64,000 bases of DNA from an uncultured Pseudomonadales bacterium (GTDB lineage: Bacteria > Patescibacteriota > Microgenomatia > UBA1400 > UBA1396). The first letter of the stretch is position 1. Each line of letters begins with the position of its first letter. Position numbers and translations under genes: made by a program. This document shows, one piece after another, positions 45,548 to 54,803 of the stretch. The DNA lies in assembly GCA_964511175.1 (NCBI GenBank), contig CAZEEI010000003.1, positions 77,716-141,715 on the forward strand. The letters run 5' to 3'. The notes under the pieces are model-generated. The model had not been told where the DNA came from, did no database searches, and saw only the letters and a list, made by a program, of their open reading frames with translations.

Positions 45548-47977
45548 ATGTTGAAAGAAAGAGTTTCAGTTCCACTACCAGACAAGAACTTGTCCAAAAT
45601 TGGTGCGGTAGCGCGGGTTAGCGCAAAGGCAGTAATCGGCGGGCCGCTTAGTAGCGCTTTGGGTTACGCCGGATATAATTTGCCCCTCCCTGGTTTAAGG
45701 CGTATCGCTTTAGCCATTAATCCAAACCTTGAGACTTATTTTGGCTCTCACCAGCGGTCCGAAGTTAGCAGTAACCTAACTGATGCCCATACCATAATGA
45801 CGGCGATCGATCACCGGCTGTACAACCAGGGTCAGCCCCAGCACTTTATCGGTCAAGAACTTTACACGCAGTGGGCCCAGATTAAAGCCGGATTGGAAGC
45901 TCAACTTAATCAGCAGGGTAAATTGCCGGCGGCAGGCCGGTTATCGGATTATGTTTTCTTTGACCGGGAACGTCATCGCTACCTGTTATTTTTCGTGACT
46001 GGCCAACAAATCCAACCAATTGGCATTGATGCTAATTGGCGACCAGGCGCGATTTCACTGTTCGGATTAGGATATTCAGCTAGCGTGGAGACCGGTGTTG
46101 ATCGTGGGGTTGGCGAGGAGTTGGCGATTAATCGCTTGCTATCTGATTTAAATCCTAATTGGCAGCAAAATCCGGATCGCCTGACTCTCCGCAACCTTAA
46201 CTCGGTCAGTAATGCCTATCCACTGGTAAGGCAGTTTGACTGGGAGCCGGAAGGTTGGGTGATTGCCACGCTTCGCGAAAATGGGGTTCGCACTATTGCC
46301 GAACTGCAGACAGTGATACGGTTGCTGTTCAGCGGGGGCCTCCATTATGAGGTGGCGCAAAATAAAGTCCTATTGGACGTTGCTTTGGCGGCAAGGGTAA
46401 GCAAAGTTCTCCGCCTGGCTTGTCCTAATTTATCGGCCGAGCAGGTTGAGCAAGAAATAGTTCAAGCGGCGCAGGACCGGGTTTACTATGACCTAATTTT
46501 GGCCAGTTTACGGCAGTACCCCGATTTTGTCAGTGCATTTATGCGTTCTCCCGCTTTTAAGGCTCATGAACAGGCTTTCATTGATCGCCATTTGGCGGCT
46601 ATCGGCCAGACTCACTGGGAGATAGCTGCCGCTATGCTGGCAGGATTTTACCTTTATCGGTACGAGGGTGTCGATTCGCCCCAGAGCTCTAGCTCTCAAC
46701 ATTATTTGGCTAATATCGAGGGGTACCACACGGACATGGCTGATTTTATTGCTGAATTTAACCGTAACAGTGATGCTGGTTGTCCTCCGATATTGGAAAG
46801 AGGATCGGGTCGGGAGCAAATTTTTAAGGTTGTAACAGATGACCTTGGTTACGAAAAGTTAAGCGCCTTACCAATCTGTCAGGCCAGAATTAATGAGTCG
46901 GAAAAAAACAACGCCATAATCAGTTTTGATCGGTTGTATCACCAAGCTGTCGAACAGAAACTTAGGCACGGCACCCACCAAGCATTACTGAGTAAAATTA
47001 GCCAAGTTGCTGGTATATCAACTGACCCGAACTGTCGGCAGGGAATAGCCCCAACGCTAATTGCTAATGTTGCCATCCAACGGGTAAAGGATGAAAAACG
47101 CCGACCCTATTTACTTTCGGCTACCTGGTTACCGGGAAACGCCGGTTACTTGCTCCGCGATGGCACCCCACTACCCGAACTTGAGAGACAGGTAAGCGTC
47201 GCTAATCCGGAGTTAGAGCAAGCTGATAATGGCTCTGATCGCGAAAGTCAAAACCAAGCGATCATTGCCAGAAGATTCTATCGTTCGCTGGATTATATTT
47301 TAAGCCGGGGTGAATTTACCGCTTTGCCTAGTCAGGATCAAGGTGAGTTGGATCAACTACTGGCTCAAGAAAAAAGAATCCTGAGCGAAGCACCCGTAAT
47401 TTTAGAGTATTTAAGTTTGCACCCTGATGTTCCGGAAAATGTCCGCCAATTTATCGGCGAAATTTTATCAGGCAATTTAGCACGGCGAGTTCTCGAAACT
47501 TTTGGTAGTATTGCTGACCAAGATCCCAACGTGATTGGCCGATTTTTCCCCGAGGGATTACACTCATTTGTTCAAACCACGACTTACCGCTATGTCTTTG
47601 ATTTAATCAGGGGAATTGAGACTAATTTGCTAATTCAGCGGGGATTAGCAGCCAGAATTAAAGCTCAGGTTACCGATAGTTGGCATCCGCCCGATTTTGC
47701 TCAGGTACCGCAAAACAACTTTGCCCAAGCCGTTAATCAAACTTTGGCCGATGGTGCTCATCGTATTGCTGTTTTAAACCACGAAGTTAGCGATATTAAG
47801 ACCTTGAAGGATTTACAAGAAAGAGCGGAAATTATTTTTGGTTGGAATACGGAAGATATGAAGTTCCTGCGCTGGAGTAAGTTTTGGTCGATTTGGCACA
47901 CTTTGGGTGGGGCTTGGGACTGCATTTGTTTTTCACGGAAAACGGTGTTTAATCCTCGGTCGTTCCGAGCCAGTTAG
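45548..47977 (+). CDS. large hypothetical protein
   Basis: ~809-aa ORF, no motif recognised. Confidence 0.7.
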   Translation: MLKERVSVPLPDKNLSKIGAVARVSAKAVIGGPLSSALGYAGYNLPLPGLRRIALAINPNLETYFGSHQRSEVSSNLTDAHTIMTAIDHRLYNQGQPQHFIGQELYTQWAQIKAGLEAQLNQQGKLPAAGRLSDYVFFDRERHRYLLFFVTGQQIQPIGIDANWRPGAISLFGLGYSASVETGVDRGVGEELAINRLLSDLNPNWQQNPDRLTLRNLNSVSNAYPLVRQFDWEPEGWVIATLRENGVRTIAELQTVIRLLFSGGLHYEVAQNKVLLDVALAARVSKVLRLACPNLSAEQVEQEIVQAAQDRVYYDLILASLRQYPDFVSAFMRSPAFKAHEQAFIDRHLAAIGQTHWEIAAAMLAGFYLYRYEGVDSPQSSSSQHYLANIEGYHTDMADFIAEFNRNSDAGCPPILERGSGREQIFKVVTDDLGYEKLSALPICQARINESEKNNAIISFDRLYHQAVEQKLRHGTHQALLSKISQVAGISTDPNCRQGIAPTLIANVAIQRVKDEKRRPYLLSATWLPGNAGYLLRDGTPLPELERQVSVANPELEQADNGSDRESQNQAIIARRFYRSLDYILSRGEFTALPSQDQGELDQLLAQEKRILSEAPVILEYLSLHPDVPENVRQFIGEILSGNLARRVLETFGSIADQDPNVIGRFFPEGLHSFVQTTTYRYVFDLIRGIETNLLIQRGLAARIKAQVTDSWHPPDFAQVPQNNFAQAVNQTLADGAHRIAVLNHEVSDIKTLKDLQERAEIIFGWNTEDMKFLRWSKFWSIWHTLGGAWDCICFSRKTVFNPRSFRAS

Positions 47978-47997
47978 GCCGACTTTACGGCAGCAAC

Positions 47998-48060
47998 AAA
48001 AAACCGTCTCAAGGACGGTTCTTTGCGCCAGCCGTCTCAATCCGAGACGCTGCCCTGTCT
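47998..48060 (-). ncRNA. candidate small RNA 1
   Basis: TTGACA(48094-48089)-16-TACCAT promoter, bulged hairpin, GCAAAG, terminator AACCGTC/GACGGTT-TTTT. Confidence 0.55.
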
Positions 48061-48104
48061 CCCACGATGGTAGCAAAATCGGCTTTTTTGTCAATAATAA
48101 AAAG

Positions 48105-48170
48105 TGGACCTAAGGGGAGTTGAACCCCTGGACACTGGCTGACAGGGCAGTATCCCCGCCCGGTAGGCCC
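48105..48170 (-). ncRNA. D-armless tRNA-like element
   Basis: GGGCCUA/UAGGUCC-A acceptor, AGGGG-UUCAACU-CCCCU T arm, GGAUACUG/CAGUGUCC stem with CUGUCA in loop. Confidence 0.7.
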
Positions 48171-48206
48171 ACTTCTGCTACACTAGCTGGTAATACTGAC
48201 CGAATT

Positions 48207-48761
48207 ATGACTAAACGCACCACTATCTATTTGGTTAGACACGGACAATCAGTGGGCAATACCGCTCGTTTACATGACAGTACGGTTGTTGTTTCGGATC
48301 CGGGTGGGACAGATTTAACCAGCTTAGGTGTCCAGCAAGCCACCCAACTGGCGCAAACTTTAGCTGCGATTCATTTTGACGCCATATTTGCTTCTGATTC
48401 ACGACGGACTCAGCAAACGGCTGAGATTATCGCTACACCCCGTCAATCAAATATCATTACCACCCCCATGATTCGCGAAAGCAAAATCAGGCAAACTACA
48501 GATGGAGAGACCTACGCCGAGGCGGCGGATCGATTAATCACTTTTTTGAGGAAAGTAACTGCTACCTATCCCGGCGGTACTATTCTGGTAGTAACGCACG
48601 GTGCCCTACTACGAGCCTTTTTAATCAAATTAAGCTATGGTACTAATGATGAACTACCTAGCGGTTCAATCGAAAATACGGGTTATGTAGTGGTGGAAAA
48701 ACGTGATGGAGTCGAATTTCTAATTAAAGAAGTGCACGGTGTAAATCGAAAGTTAGCCTAG
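48207..48761 (+). CDS. histidine phosphatase family protein
   Basis: LVRHGQS, SD..R..QTA, GE, LVVTHG. Confidence 0.92.
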   Translation: MTKRTTIYLVRHGQSVGNTARLHDSTVVVSDPGGTDLTSLGVQQATQLAQTLAAIHFDAIFASDSRRTQQTAEIIATPRQSNIITTPMIRESKIRQTTDGETYAEAADRLITFLRKVTATYPGGTILVVTHGALLRAFLIKLSYGTNDELPSGSIENTGYVVVEKRDGVEFLIKEVHGVNRKLA

Positions 48762-48776
48762 TTAAAAAACCGCCAC

Positions 48777-48842
48777 AAAAAACCGCCTCAAGGACGGTTC
48801 TTTGCACTGATTACTTCGTTTAACGGAAGTATCCTCTTGCGT
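48777..48842 (-). ncRNA. candidate small RNA 2
   Basis: TTGACA(48876-48871)-16-TAAATT promoter, bulged hairpin, same 31-nt 3' block as sRNA 1 (30/31). Confidence 0.55.
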
Positions 48843-48876
48843 GATCATAATTTAACATAAGGGTGTATTTTGTCAA

Positions 48877-48930
48877 TTGAACCCCTGGACACTGGCTGAC
48901 AGGGCAGTATCCCCGCCCGGTAGGCCCACT
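48877..48930 (-). repeat. 3'-truncated second copy of the tRNA-like element
   Basis: 54/54 identical to 48120-48173; ends inside the T loop. Confidence 0.9.
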
Positions 48931-48972
48931 ATGCTACACTAACAAGCGATAGTTACCAAACACTGACGTTTT

Positions 48973-49665
48973 ATGAAAATTCCCCTCTTTGACATTGACG
49001 GCACTCTACTAGTAGGCGGCCGCGGCAACCAAGCCCACCGCGACGGTTTTGATTATGCTTTTCGTACGGTTTTCGGTTTGGCGCAGGCCAGCATCAATGA
49101 GATTAAAACCGACGGTATGGTCGATCAACAAATTATTTTAGAAATAGTGAAACGCCATGGTGTGAATGAAGAACAGGCAATGAGTAAATTGAGTGAGGCA
49201 GTTGCAGCAATTGTAACGTACTACCAAAATCACACTGCCGACAGCCGTTGTGAGGCCGCGGCCGGTGCCGAGGAGTTGCTTAAAAAGTTACAAACCCACC
49301 AAACACCCTTAGGTTTATTAACCGGTAATATCGAGGCGATTGCTTGGGATAAACTCACACGCGCCGGCCTGGCAGATTATTTTCAGTTTGGGGCTTTCGG
49401 CGACTTAGCACTCCAGCGGGTTGATCTAATTGCGATCGCCTGCCGGCGCGCGAACCAGGAATTGGGTACTAATTATCAAGTTAACGATTTAGTGATTATC
49501 GGCGATTCGCCGCGTGATATCGATTGCGCCAAAGCAGGCGGTATTCCCGTCATTGGGGTCGGCGCGGCTAACTTTTCGGCCGAACAATTGCGCCAAGCCG
49601 GAGCCGATTTGGTGGTAGAATCACTAGAAGAGCAAGATAAGATAATCGCTTTTTTGAAAGCCTAA
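48973..49665 (+). CDS. HAD-superfamily hydrolase
   Basis: FDIDGTL, LLTGN, IGDSPRD. Confidence 0.92.
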   Translation: MKIPLFDIDGTLLVGGRGNQAHRDGFDYAFRTVFGLAQASINEIKTDGMVDQQIILEIVKRHGVNEEQAMSKLSEAVAAIVTYYQNHTADSRCEAAAGAEELLKKLQTHQTPLGLLTGNIEAIAWDKLTRAGLADYFQFGAFGDLALQRVDLIAIACRRANQELGTNYQVNDLVIIGDSPRDIDCAKAGGIPVIGVGAANFSAEQLRQAGADLVVESLEEQDKIIAFLKA

Positions 49666-49668
49666 TTT

Positions 49669-50334
49669 ATGACAACGATCGATATTAACCAGATAACGGC
49701 AGATAAATTGGCGAATGGGGATTATCGAGATACTTTGCCGGAGTATTACCAATTAAATGGAGTGATCGAACACAGCATTTGGCATGACCATCAAGATGCT
49801 TTTGATCACATGGTTAAGGTTTATCGTTCCCTAGAAAAGGAACTGACTTTTGCCGATCTGCCCAACAACTTAGCTGATCGGATCCGACAATATTTACAAA
49901 TCAAGGTTGGTAGTCATACCCGCGAGGAACTGTTAAAAGTGGCAACTCTATTGCACGACATTGCCAAGCGGGAAACACTAATTAACAATGCTGACGGCAC
50001 AGCCAACTGTCCTGGTCACGAACACTTAGCTTTTGGACAAGTTAAACATTTTGCCGCCCGCTTTGGTTTAGATACTCTTGATCAAGAACGAGTCGAACGG
50101 CTAGTTTTGCACCACGGCTTTATTTCGGACATACTATTTCAAACGATCAATAAACCAGAACAAAGTGAACAGATTTGGTCAGGATTTATCGGTGCGGTTG
50201 GCGATGTGGCTTATGACTTAGTTATTTTTTACCGGTCGGAATTACACGGCTGCGACCTTGACCGTTTAGCTCCAGCCGAGTATGAACCGCGTGAGAAGAC
50301 GCTGCTCGGTTGGCTGCATACCAAATTGTTGTAG
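49669..50334 (+). CDS. HD-domain protein (resembles HD domain of CCA-adding enzymes)
   Basis: LPE.....G......H...DAFDH, LLHDIAK, GHE, LVLHH. Confidence 0.75.
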   Translation: MTTIDINQITADKLANGDYRDTLPEYYQLNGVIEHSIWHDHQDAFDHMVKVYRSLEKELTFADLPNNLADRIRQYLQIKVGSHTREELLKVATLLHDIAKRETLINNADGTANCPGHEHLAFGQVKHFAARFGLDTLDQERVERLVLHHGFISDILFQTINKPEQSEQIWSGFIGAVGDVAYDLVIFYRSELHGCDLDRLAPAEYEPREKTLLGWLHTKLL

Positions 50335-50349
50335 TGCTATACTTTCCGC

Positions 50350-50691
50350 GTGAGTACCAATCTCGACGATCTAATTAAGCAATTTGAGCGCATCGACCAC
50401 TACTTTGATCAAACATTTCCGCAGTTACAAAAAGAATACCGCCTGTTGGCTCGATTGGGAAAAATTACCGAAGAGTTGGGTGAGCTAAATAGTGCCGTTC
50501 ATGGCGAATTAAAGCTACATCGGGAAGAAAAACAAAACCACCATCGCACCGAAAGTCTGGCAGAAGAATGGGCCGATGTTTTTAATACGGTAATGCTGTT
50601 TGGTTTGGTGGCGGGGATCGACATGCCACAAGCAATCCAACAGCGCTTGGCGACTATTAATCAGCGGCTAAAAATCGAAACTAGCGAGTAG
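50350..50691 (+). CDS. MazG-like NTP pyrophosphohydrolase
   Basis: KITEELGEL...EEWAD. Confidence 0.8.
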   Translation: MSTNLDDLIKQFERIDHYFDQTFPQLQKEYRLLARLGKITEELGELNSAVHGELKLHREEKQNHHRTESLAEEWADVFNTVMLFGLVAGIDMPQAIQQRLATINQRLKIETSE

Positions 50692-51052
50692 CCAGACTGC
50701 TTAAATCTAGTTGTGCCAAACCACTTATTTTGCGGCTAATATTCAGGATTTGAAAGAAACGGGTTACTTCAGCTAAGGCTTCGTTCAAAATAGCTTTTTC
50801 CCAACTATTTTTGCCAGCTAACTTGACTAAATCACGCATCAGAATTGTGGAGAAAGAGCCCAAGGCATTGATACGAGTCATCACCTCAGGTGGTGAGAGC
50901 TGATTCATGCCGTTAATGTAGTATCGTACTTGTGCTGGTAGAAGGCGTGTTTCTGTCTGCCAACCCAAACTTTGAACTGCTTCCGTCAAGTTCATTTGGG
51001 CGCTTAAGGGATTGGGAGCGGTAACAAATAATTTTTCTACTTTAACAGACAT
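50681..51052 (-). CDS. hypothetical protein
   Basis: AAGGAG RBS after malic enzyme. Confidence 0.55.
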   Translation of the reverse strand: MSVKVEKLFVTAPNPLSAQMNLTEAVQSLGWQTETRLLPAQVRYYINGMNQLSPPEVMTRINALGSFSTILMRDLVKLAGKNSWEKAILNEALAEVTRFFQILNISRKISGLAQLDLSSLATR

Positions 51053-51062
51053 GTTTCTCCTT

Positions 51063-52247
51063 TCAAGCAGCTTTAAGGATGGCCGCTGCTACTTTTTTAG
51101 CCAAATTAGGAGTAAACGGATCAGGGATAATTTTCTCTGCCGTCGGCTTGGGTACTAGTTTGGCTAGGGCTTGGCTGGCAGCTTGCTGATGGGCTAGGGT
51201 AATGCGGCTGAGCCGACCGTCGATCACGGCGCGGAATATAGCGGGGAAAGCCAGGACGTTATTAATCTGGTTGGGATAATCACTGCGCCCGCTGGCCACC
51301 ACCGCTGCGCCCGCCGCTTTAGCTTCCTCCGGCATGATTTCTGGTGTGGGATTAGCCATCGCAAAAACAATCGGTTGGCTGGCCATACTTTGGATCATCG
51401 CGGCCGTGATTAACTTTGGACCGGAGACGCCAATTACTACATCGGCACCACGGATCACTTCGGCTAGACTGCCAGATTTTTTGTCTTGGTTAGTGTAAGC
51501 AGCCATCAATTTTTTGTAGTGGCCTAAGTCACTGCGTTTTTGATTAATCGCGCCACACCGATCGACTAAAATAACGTCTCGTACGGTTACAGCTTTACTA
51601 AGACGTTCGCACTTAGTGGATGAACAAGCTAATCCGAGCAGAGTTTGCGCAATGGCCCAACCTGCCGATCCAGCGCCCATAATCACTACCCGTAAGCTGG
51701 CATAGGGCTTGCCGACTACTTTGGCGGCGTTTTGCAGAGCGGCCGATACGACAATAGCGGTGCCGTGTTGGTCATCATGAAAGACGGGTATGCCGATATC
51801 CTGCAGGCGCTCCTCAATTTCAAAGCAGCGCGGCGCAGCAATATCTTCTAAGTTAATGCCGGCAAAACTAGGAGCGATTTGTTGAACAAAACGGACAATT
51901 TCGTCGGTATCCTGGGTGTCGATTACCAGCGGTACGGCATCGACGCCGCCGAACTGCTTGAGTAGAGCGGCTTTACCTTCCATGACCGGTAAGCCCGCTG
52001 CTGCGCCGATATTGCCTAAACCTAAAACGGCCGAACCATCGCTGACCACCGCCACGGTTCGCCCACGCCAAGTTAGGTCAAAAGACTGGGTGGGATCTTG
52101 GGCAATCACCCGGCAGGGTTCGGCTACTCCCGGTGTATAAGCCAGTGATAAATCGTGTCGATCCTGCAGCGGGACGCGCAATTTAATTTCAATTTTGCCC
52201 TGATGTTGGCGGTGGAGTTGAAGAGCTTGGGTGTTAATATCGGACAT
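51063..52247 (-). CDS. NAD(P)-dependent malic enzyme
   Basis: AYTPGVA, GLPVMEGK, INLEDI, FHDDQHGTA, ANPTPEI, NQINNVLAFP. Confidence 0.95.
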   Translation of the reverse strand: MSDINTQALQLHRQHQGKIEIKLRVPLQDRHDLSLAYTPGVAEPCRVIAQDPTQSFDLTWRGRTVAVVSDGSAVLGLGNIGAAAGLPVMEGKAALLKQFGGVDAVPLVIDTQDTDEIVRFVQQIAPSFAGINLEDIAAPRCFEIEERLQDIGIPVFHDDQHGTAIVVSAALQNAAKVVGKPYASLRVVIMGAGSAGWAIAQTLLGLACSSTKCERLSKAVTVRDVILVDRCGAINQKRSDLGHYKKLMAAYTNQDKKSGSLAEVIRGADVVIGVSGPKLITAAMIQSMASQPIVFAMANPTPEIMPEEAKAAGAAVVASGRSDYPNQINNVLAFPAIFRAVIDGRLSRITLAHQQAASQALAKLVPKPTAEKIIPDPFTPNLAKKVAAAILKAA

Positions 52248-52272
52248 AGGCGGAGTATAACAGTCAGGCAGG

Positions 52273-53499
52273 TTAACGTAAAATGCGGCGTTTCAACTGA
52301 ACTTTACCGATAGCGCCGGTAATAGCAGAGCCAACGCCATAACCCATCAGCAGGAAAGCCACGTCTGGCTCAATTAGACCACGCTCAATCATTTCGACTA
52401 GAACCACACCAGCTGTAGAGGAACTAGTGTTACTACTAAGCACTTTTTCGTTAAAAACCCAGGGAGAATTAGTCCGCGGATAACCCCGCTGGTCGGTGGC
52501 ATGATCCAGTTTATGCTGGATACCCTCCAGAACTTTACGGGCGGCATGGTGAGCCAAGCTTGGCCCAAGCGGTCCGTGTTGGGGAGCTAAATTGGCCCAG
52601 TAATCGAGTACGATTGGTGTGATTACCGGCGGTACACGTTTACCAAAATACTTAAAGACCGACCAAGCGTTCATGACAGCGGTATTTTGGCTGAGGGGCA
52701 TTAACAGTCGCGACCCCTGCGCGGAATAAGCGAAGTGATCGCGGGCATTATCCTTAATTTCGTACCAAGGTGGTGGCACTTGGCGCTGGTCGATTGGCGG
52801 CAAGTCATAGGAGTGAGGCACTTGAATGACTCCCATTTCATCGCGTTCAATAACGGTGTGGGCATTGAGAATATTTAATTCAAACCCGGGTAGAAAAGCA
52901 AAACTGGCGGCTTTATTGCTGAAAGTCCACGCGGTTTGAAAATCATTAGGATCGATAATGTTGCCACTGAGGTTTTCAATTGCCGTTATTACCACCTGTT
53001 TGCCGCGCATAGTTGGTAAAAGACAAGCATCGACAATGGCGGCAATCATGCCGTTGCAAGCTTGACCATAGAAGAGAATGTGGTCAACGGCAATGCCTTT
53101 GCGCCGCAGTTGCTGTCCTACGAGTGCTAAATTTTCTGGCTTAAAAGAAAGCGAACTAACGATTAGGTAATCCAGATGGTGCCAGTGGCGTTCGCGGGCG
53201 GCCAGCGCAGCAGTTTCAGTCACAATACCAGCCTGAAATTTTTGGAATTCGGGACTGCGTACATCAACGTCAGGATCAACGCGCTGGCCGCCCACAAAAC
53301 CAGATTCCAACACGGTTTCTCTTTGGATAGCGGTCAGATTAGGGCGCTGTGTCAACCACTGAGCTTGGTTTTGATATTGTCCCCAGCCATGGTACATAGC
53401 TACCATGTTGCCAAGTCGGGCGACCTTTGGCTCACTGAGCGGGAAGCGCTCGTGAAACTCGGCAATTACTAGATCCTCAGGAGTCAAATGTTTAGGCAT
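52273..53499 (-). CDS. thiolase-fold condensing enzyme (FabH/KAS III or type III PKS-like)
   Basis: QACNG, HHAA, SNTSSS, GYGVG correspond to FabH AACxG, HQAN, GNTSAAS, GFGGG. Confidence 0.65.
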   Translation of the reverse strand: MPKHLTPEDLVIAEFHERFPLSEPKVARLGNMVAMYHGWGQYQNQAQWLTQRPNLTAIQRETVLESGFVGGQRVDPDVDVRSPEFQKFQAGIVTETAALAARERHWHHLDYLIVSSLSFKPENLALVGQQLRRKGIAVDHILFYGQACNGMIAAIVDACLLPTMRGKQVVITAIENLSGNIIDPNDFQTAWTFSNKAASFAFLPGFELNILNAHTVIERDEMGVIQVPHSYDLPPIDQRQVPPPWYEIKDNARDHFAYSAQGSRLLMPLSQNTAVMNAWSVFKYFGKRVPPVITPIVLDYWANLAPQHGPLGPSLAHHAARKVLEGIQHKLDHATDQRGYPRTNSPWVFNEKVLSSNTSSSTAGVVLVEMIERGLIEPDVAFLLMGYGVGSAITGAIGKVQLKRRILR

Positions 53500-53534
53500 A
53501 AGTTAATCTTACCCGATCGTTTATAATCGAGCCA

Positions 53535-54803
53535 ATGGTTAATGATTTTCCCCTCAAATTTTTCCCCCGTTTTGCCTACGAACAATTTATTAAACCTCAG
53601 TACGACGGCTATAACTTTGGCAACATTCACGCTACCATCCGCCATTTATTTGGTCACCCCAATGGCCAGCCCATTCTACCGGTTGATTGTTTTGGCCAGG
53701 AATATCCTCAGCCGCACGTGGTAGTCTTGTTTTTTTTAGATGCCTTTGGTTGGCAATTTTGGCAGGACGAGTCAATCCAACCGGCCGCCCTCGTGAAAAT
53801 TAAGGAAGAAGGCAGGGTGACACCCTTAACTACTTTGTTTCCTTCCACCACGGCGTCGTCGCTAACTACTTTGCACACTGGCCAGTTACCGGCCCAACAC
53901 GCCTTATACGAATGGAATTTACTAATTCCAGAGTATGACGAGGTAATTCAGACGCTCATATTTGCCCCCTTGGGTGAAAGACTGCAGGACCAATTATTGG
54001 CAACCAAACATGATCCGAATGTTCTTTTTAACCAAGGCGAAACTTTGGTGGGTGCTTTAGCCAAAGATGGGGTTAAAACGATCCAAGTTATACCGCGTGA
54101 CTATAGTCAGTCAGCTTATAACCAGCTAATCGGCAAAGGTGATAGCCCAGCCCAGCCTTACCGCAACCTGAACGAAGCCTTCGGTCAAATTAAGGAGAGT
54201 ACGCGTTTAGCTAAAGGACCGACCTTTATTTATTTCTACTATGGCGACATCGATAACACGATGCACACCTATGGCCCTCAGTCGTCGGAAGCGCGGACCA
54301 AAATCACCCAGTTTTGGCAAGTTTGGGATGAGGCCTTTAGCCAGTGGAATAAGCCGGCTGATACCCTGTTTTTATTTACTGCCGATCATGGCCAAATTGC
54401 CCTGAATCCAGACAAGGCTATTTATTTAAACCGATTGGTGCCGGAACTAATACCGTGGCTACGCACTCACCGTAACGGTCAGCCGATTATGCCCAACGGT
54501 TCACCCCGCGATGTCTTTTTGCACATTCAACCGGAACGAGTGGAAGAAGCCCTTAATTTACTACGCACCAAACTTGATCTAAAAGCCCTGGTGATGACTA
54601 CCACCGAAGCCCGGGAACAAGGATTGTTTGGTCGCGGTCCCTTTGATCAGCATTTCTTAGATCGACTAGGTCAAATTTTGATTTTGCCTTATGAACAAAA
54701 CCAGATTTGGTGGTATGACCCGCCTCGTTTGTACGCCAAACACCGGGGTTCACATGGTGGACTTTCGCCAGAAGAAGCGTTAACCGTTTTCGCAACCTGG
54801 TGA
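53535..54803 (+). CDS. alkaline phosphatase superfamily (nucleotide pyrophosphatase/phosphodiesterase)
   Basis: FLDAFG, FPSTT, D...H.YGP, TADHG, GSHGG. Confidence 0.88.
   Translation: MVNDFPLKFFPRFAYEQFIKPQYDGYNFGNIHATIRHLFGHPNGQPILPVDCFGQEYPQPHVVVLFFLDAFGWQFWQDESIQPAALVKIKEEGRVTPLTTLFPSTTASSLTTLHTGQLPAQHALYEWNLLIPEYDEVIQTLIFAPLGERLQDQLLATKHDPNVLFNQGETLVGALAKDGVKTIQVIPRDYSQSAYNQLIGKGDSPAQPYRNLNEAFGQIKESTRLAKGPTFIYFYYGDIDNTMHTYGPQSSEARTKITQFWQVWDEAFSQWNKPADTLFLFTADHGQIALNPDKAIYLNRLVPELIPWLRTHRNGQPIMPNGSPRDVFLHIQPERVEEALNLLRTKLDLKALVMTTTEAREQGLFGRGPFDQHFLDRLGQILILPYEQNQIWWYDPPRLYAKHRGSHGGLSPEEALTVFATW

Noticed and set aside
48105-48170. tmRNA or a normal tRNA gene
   Set aside because: Only 66 nt, no tag ORF or pseudoknots, no canonical D arm or 7-nt anticodon loop
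47998-48842. c-di-GMP-I riboswitch (GG...GCAAAG resemblance)
   Set aside because: No GAAA tetraloop, no second stem with receptor, and no same-strand downstream gene
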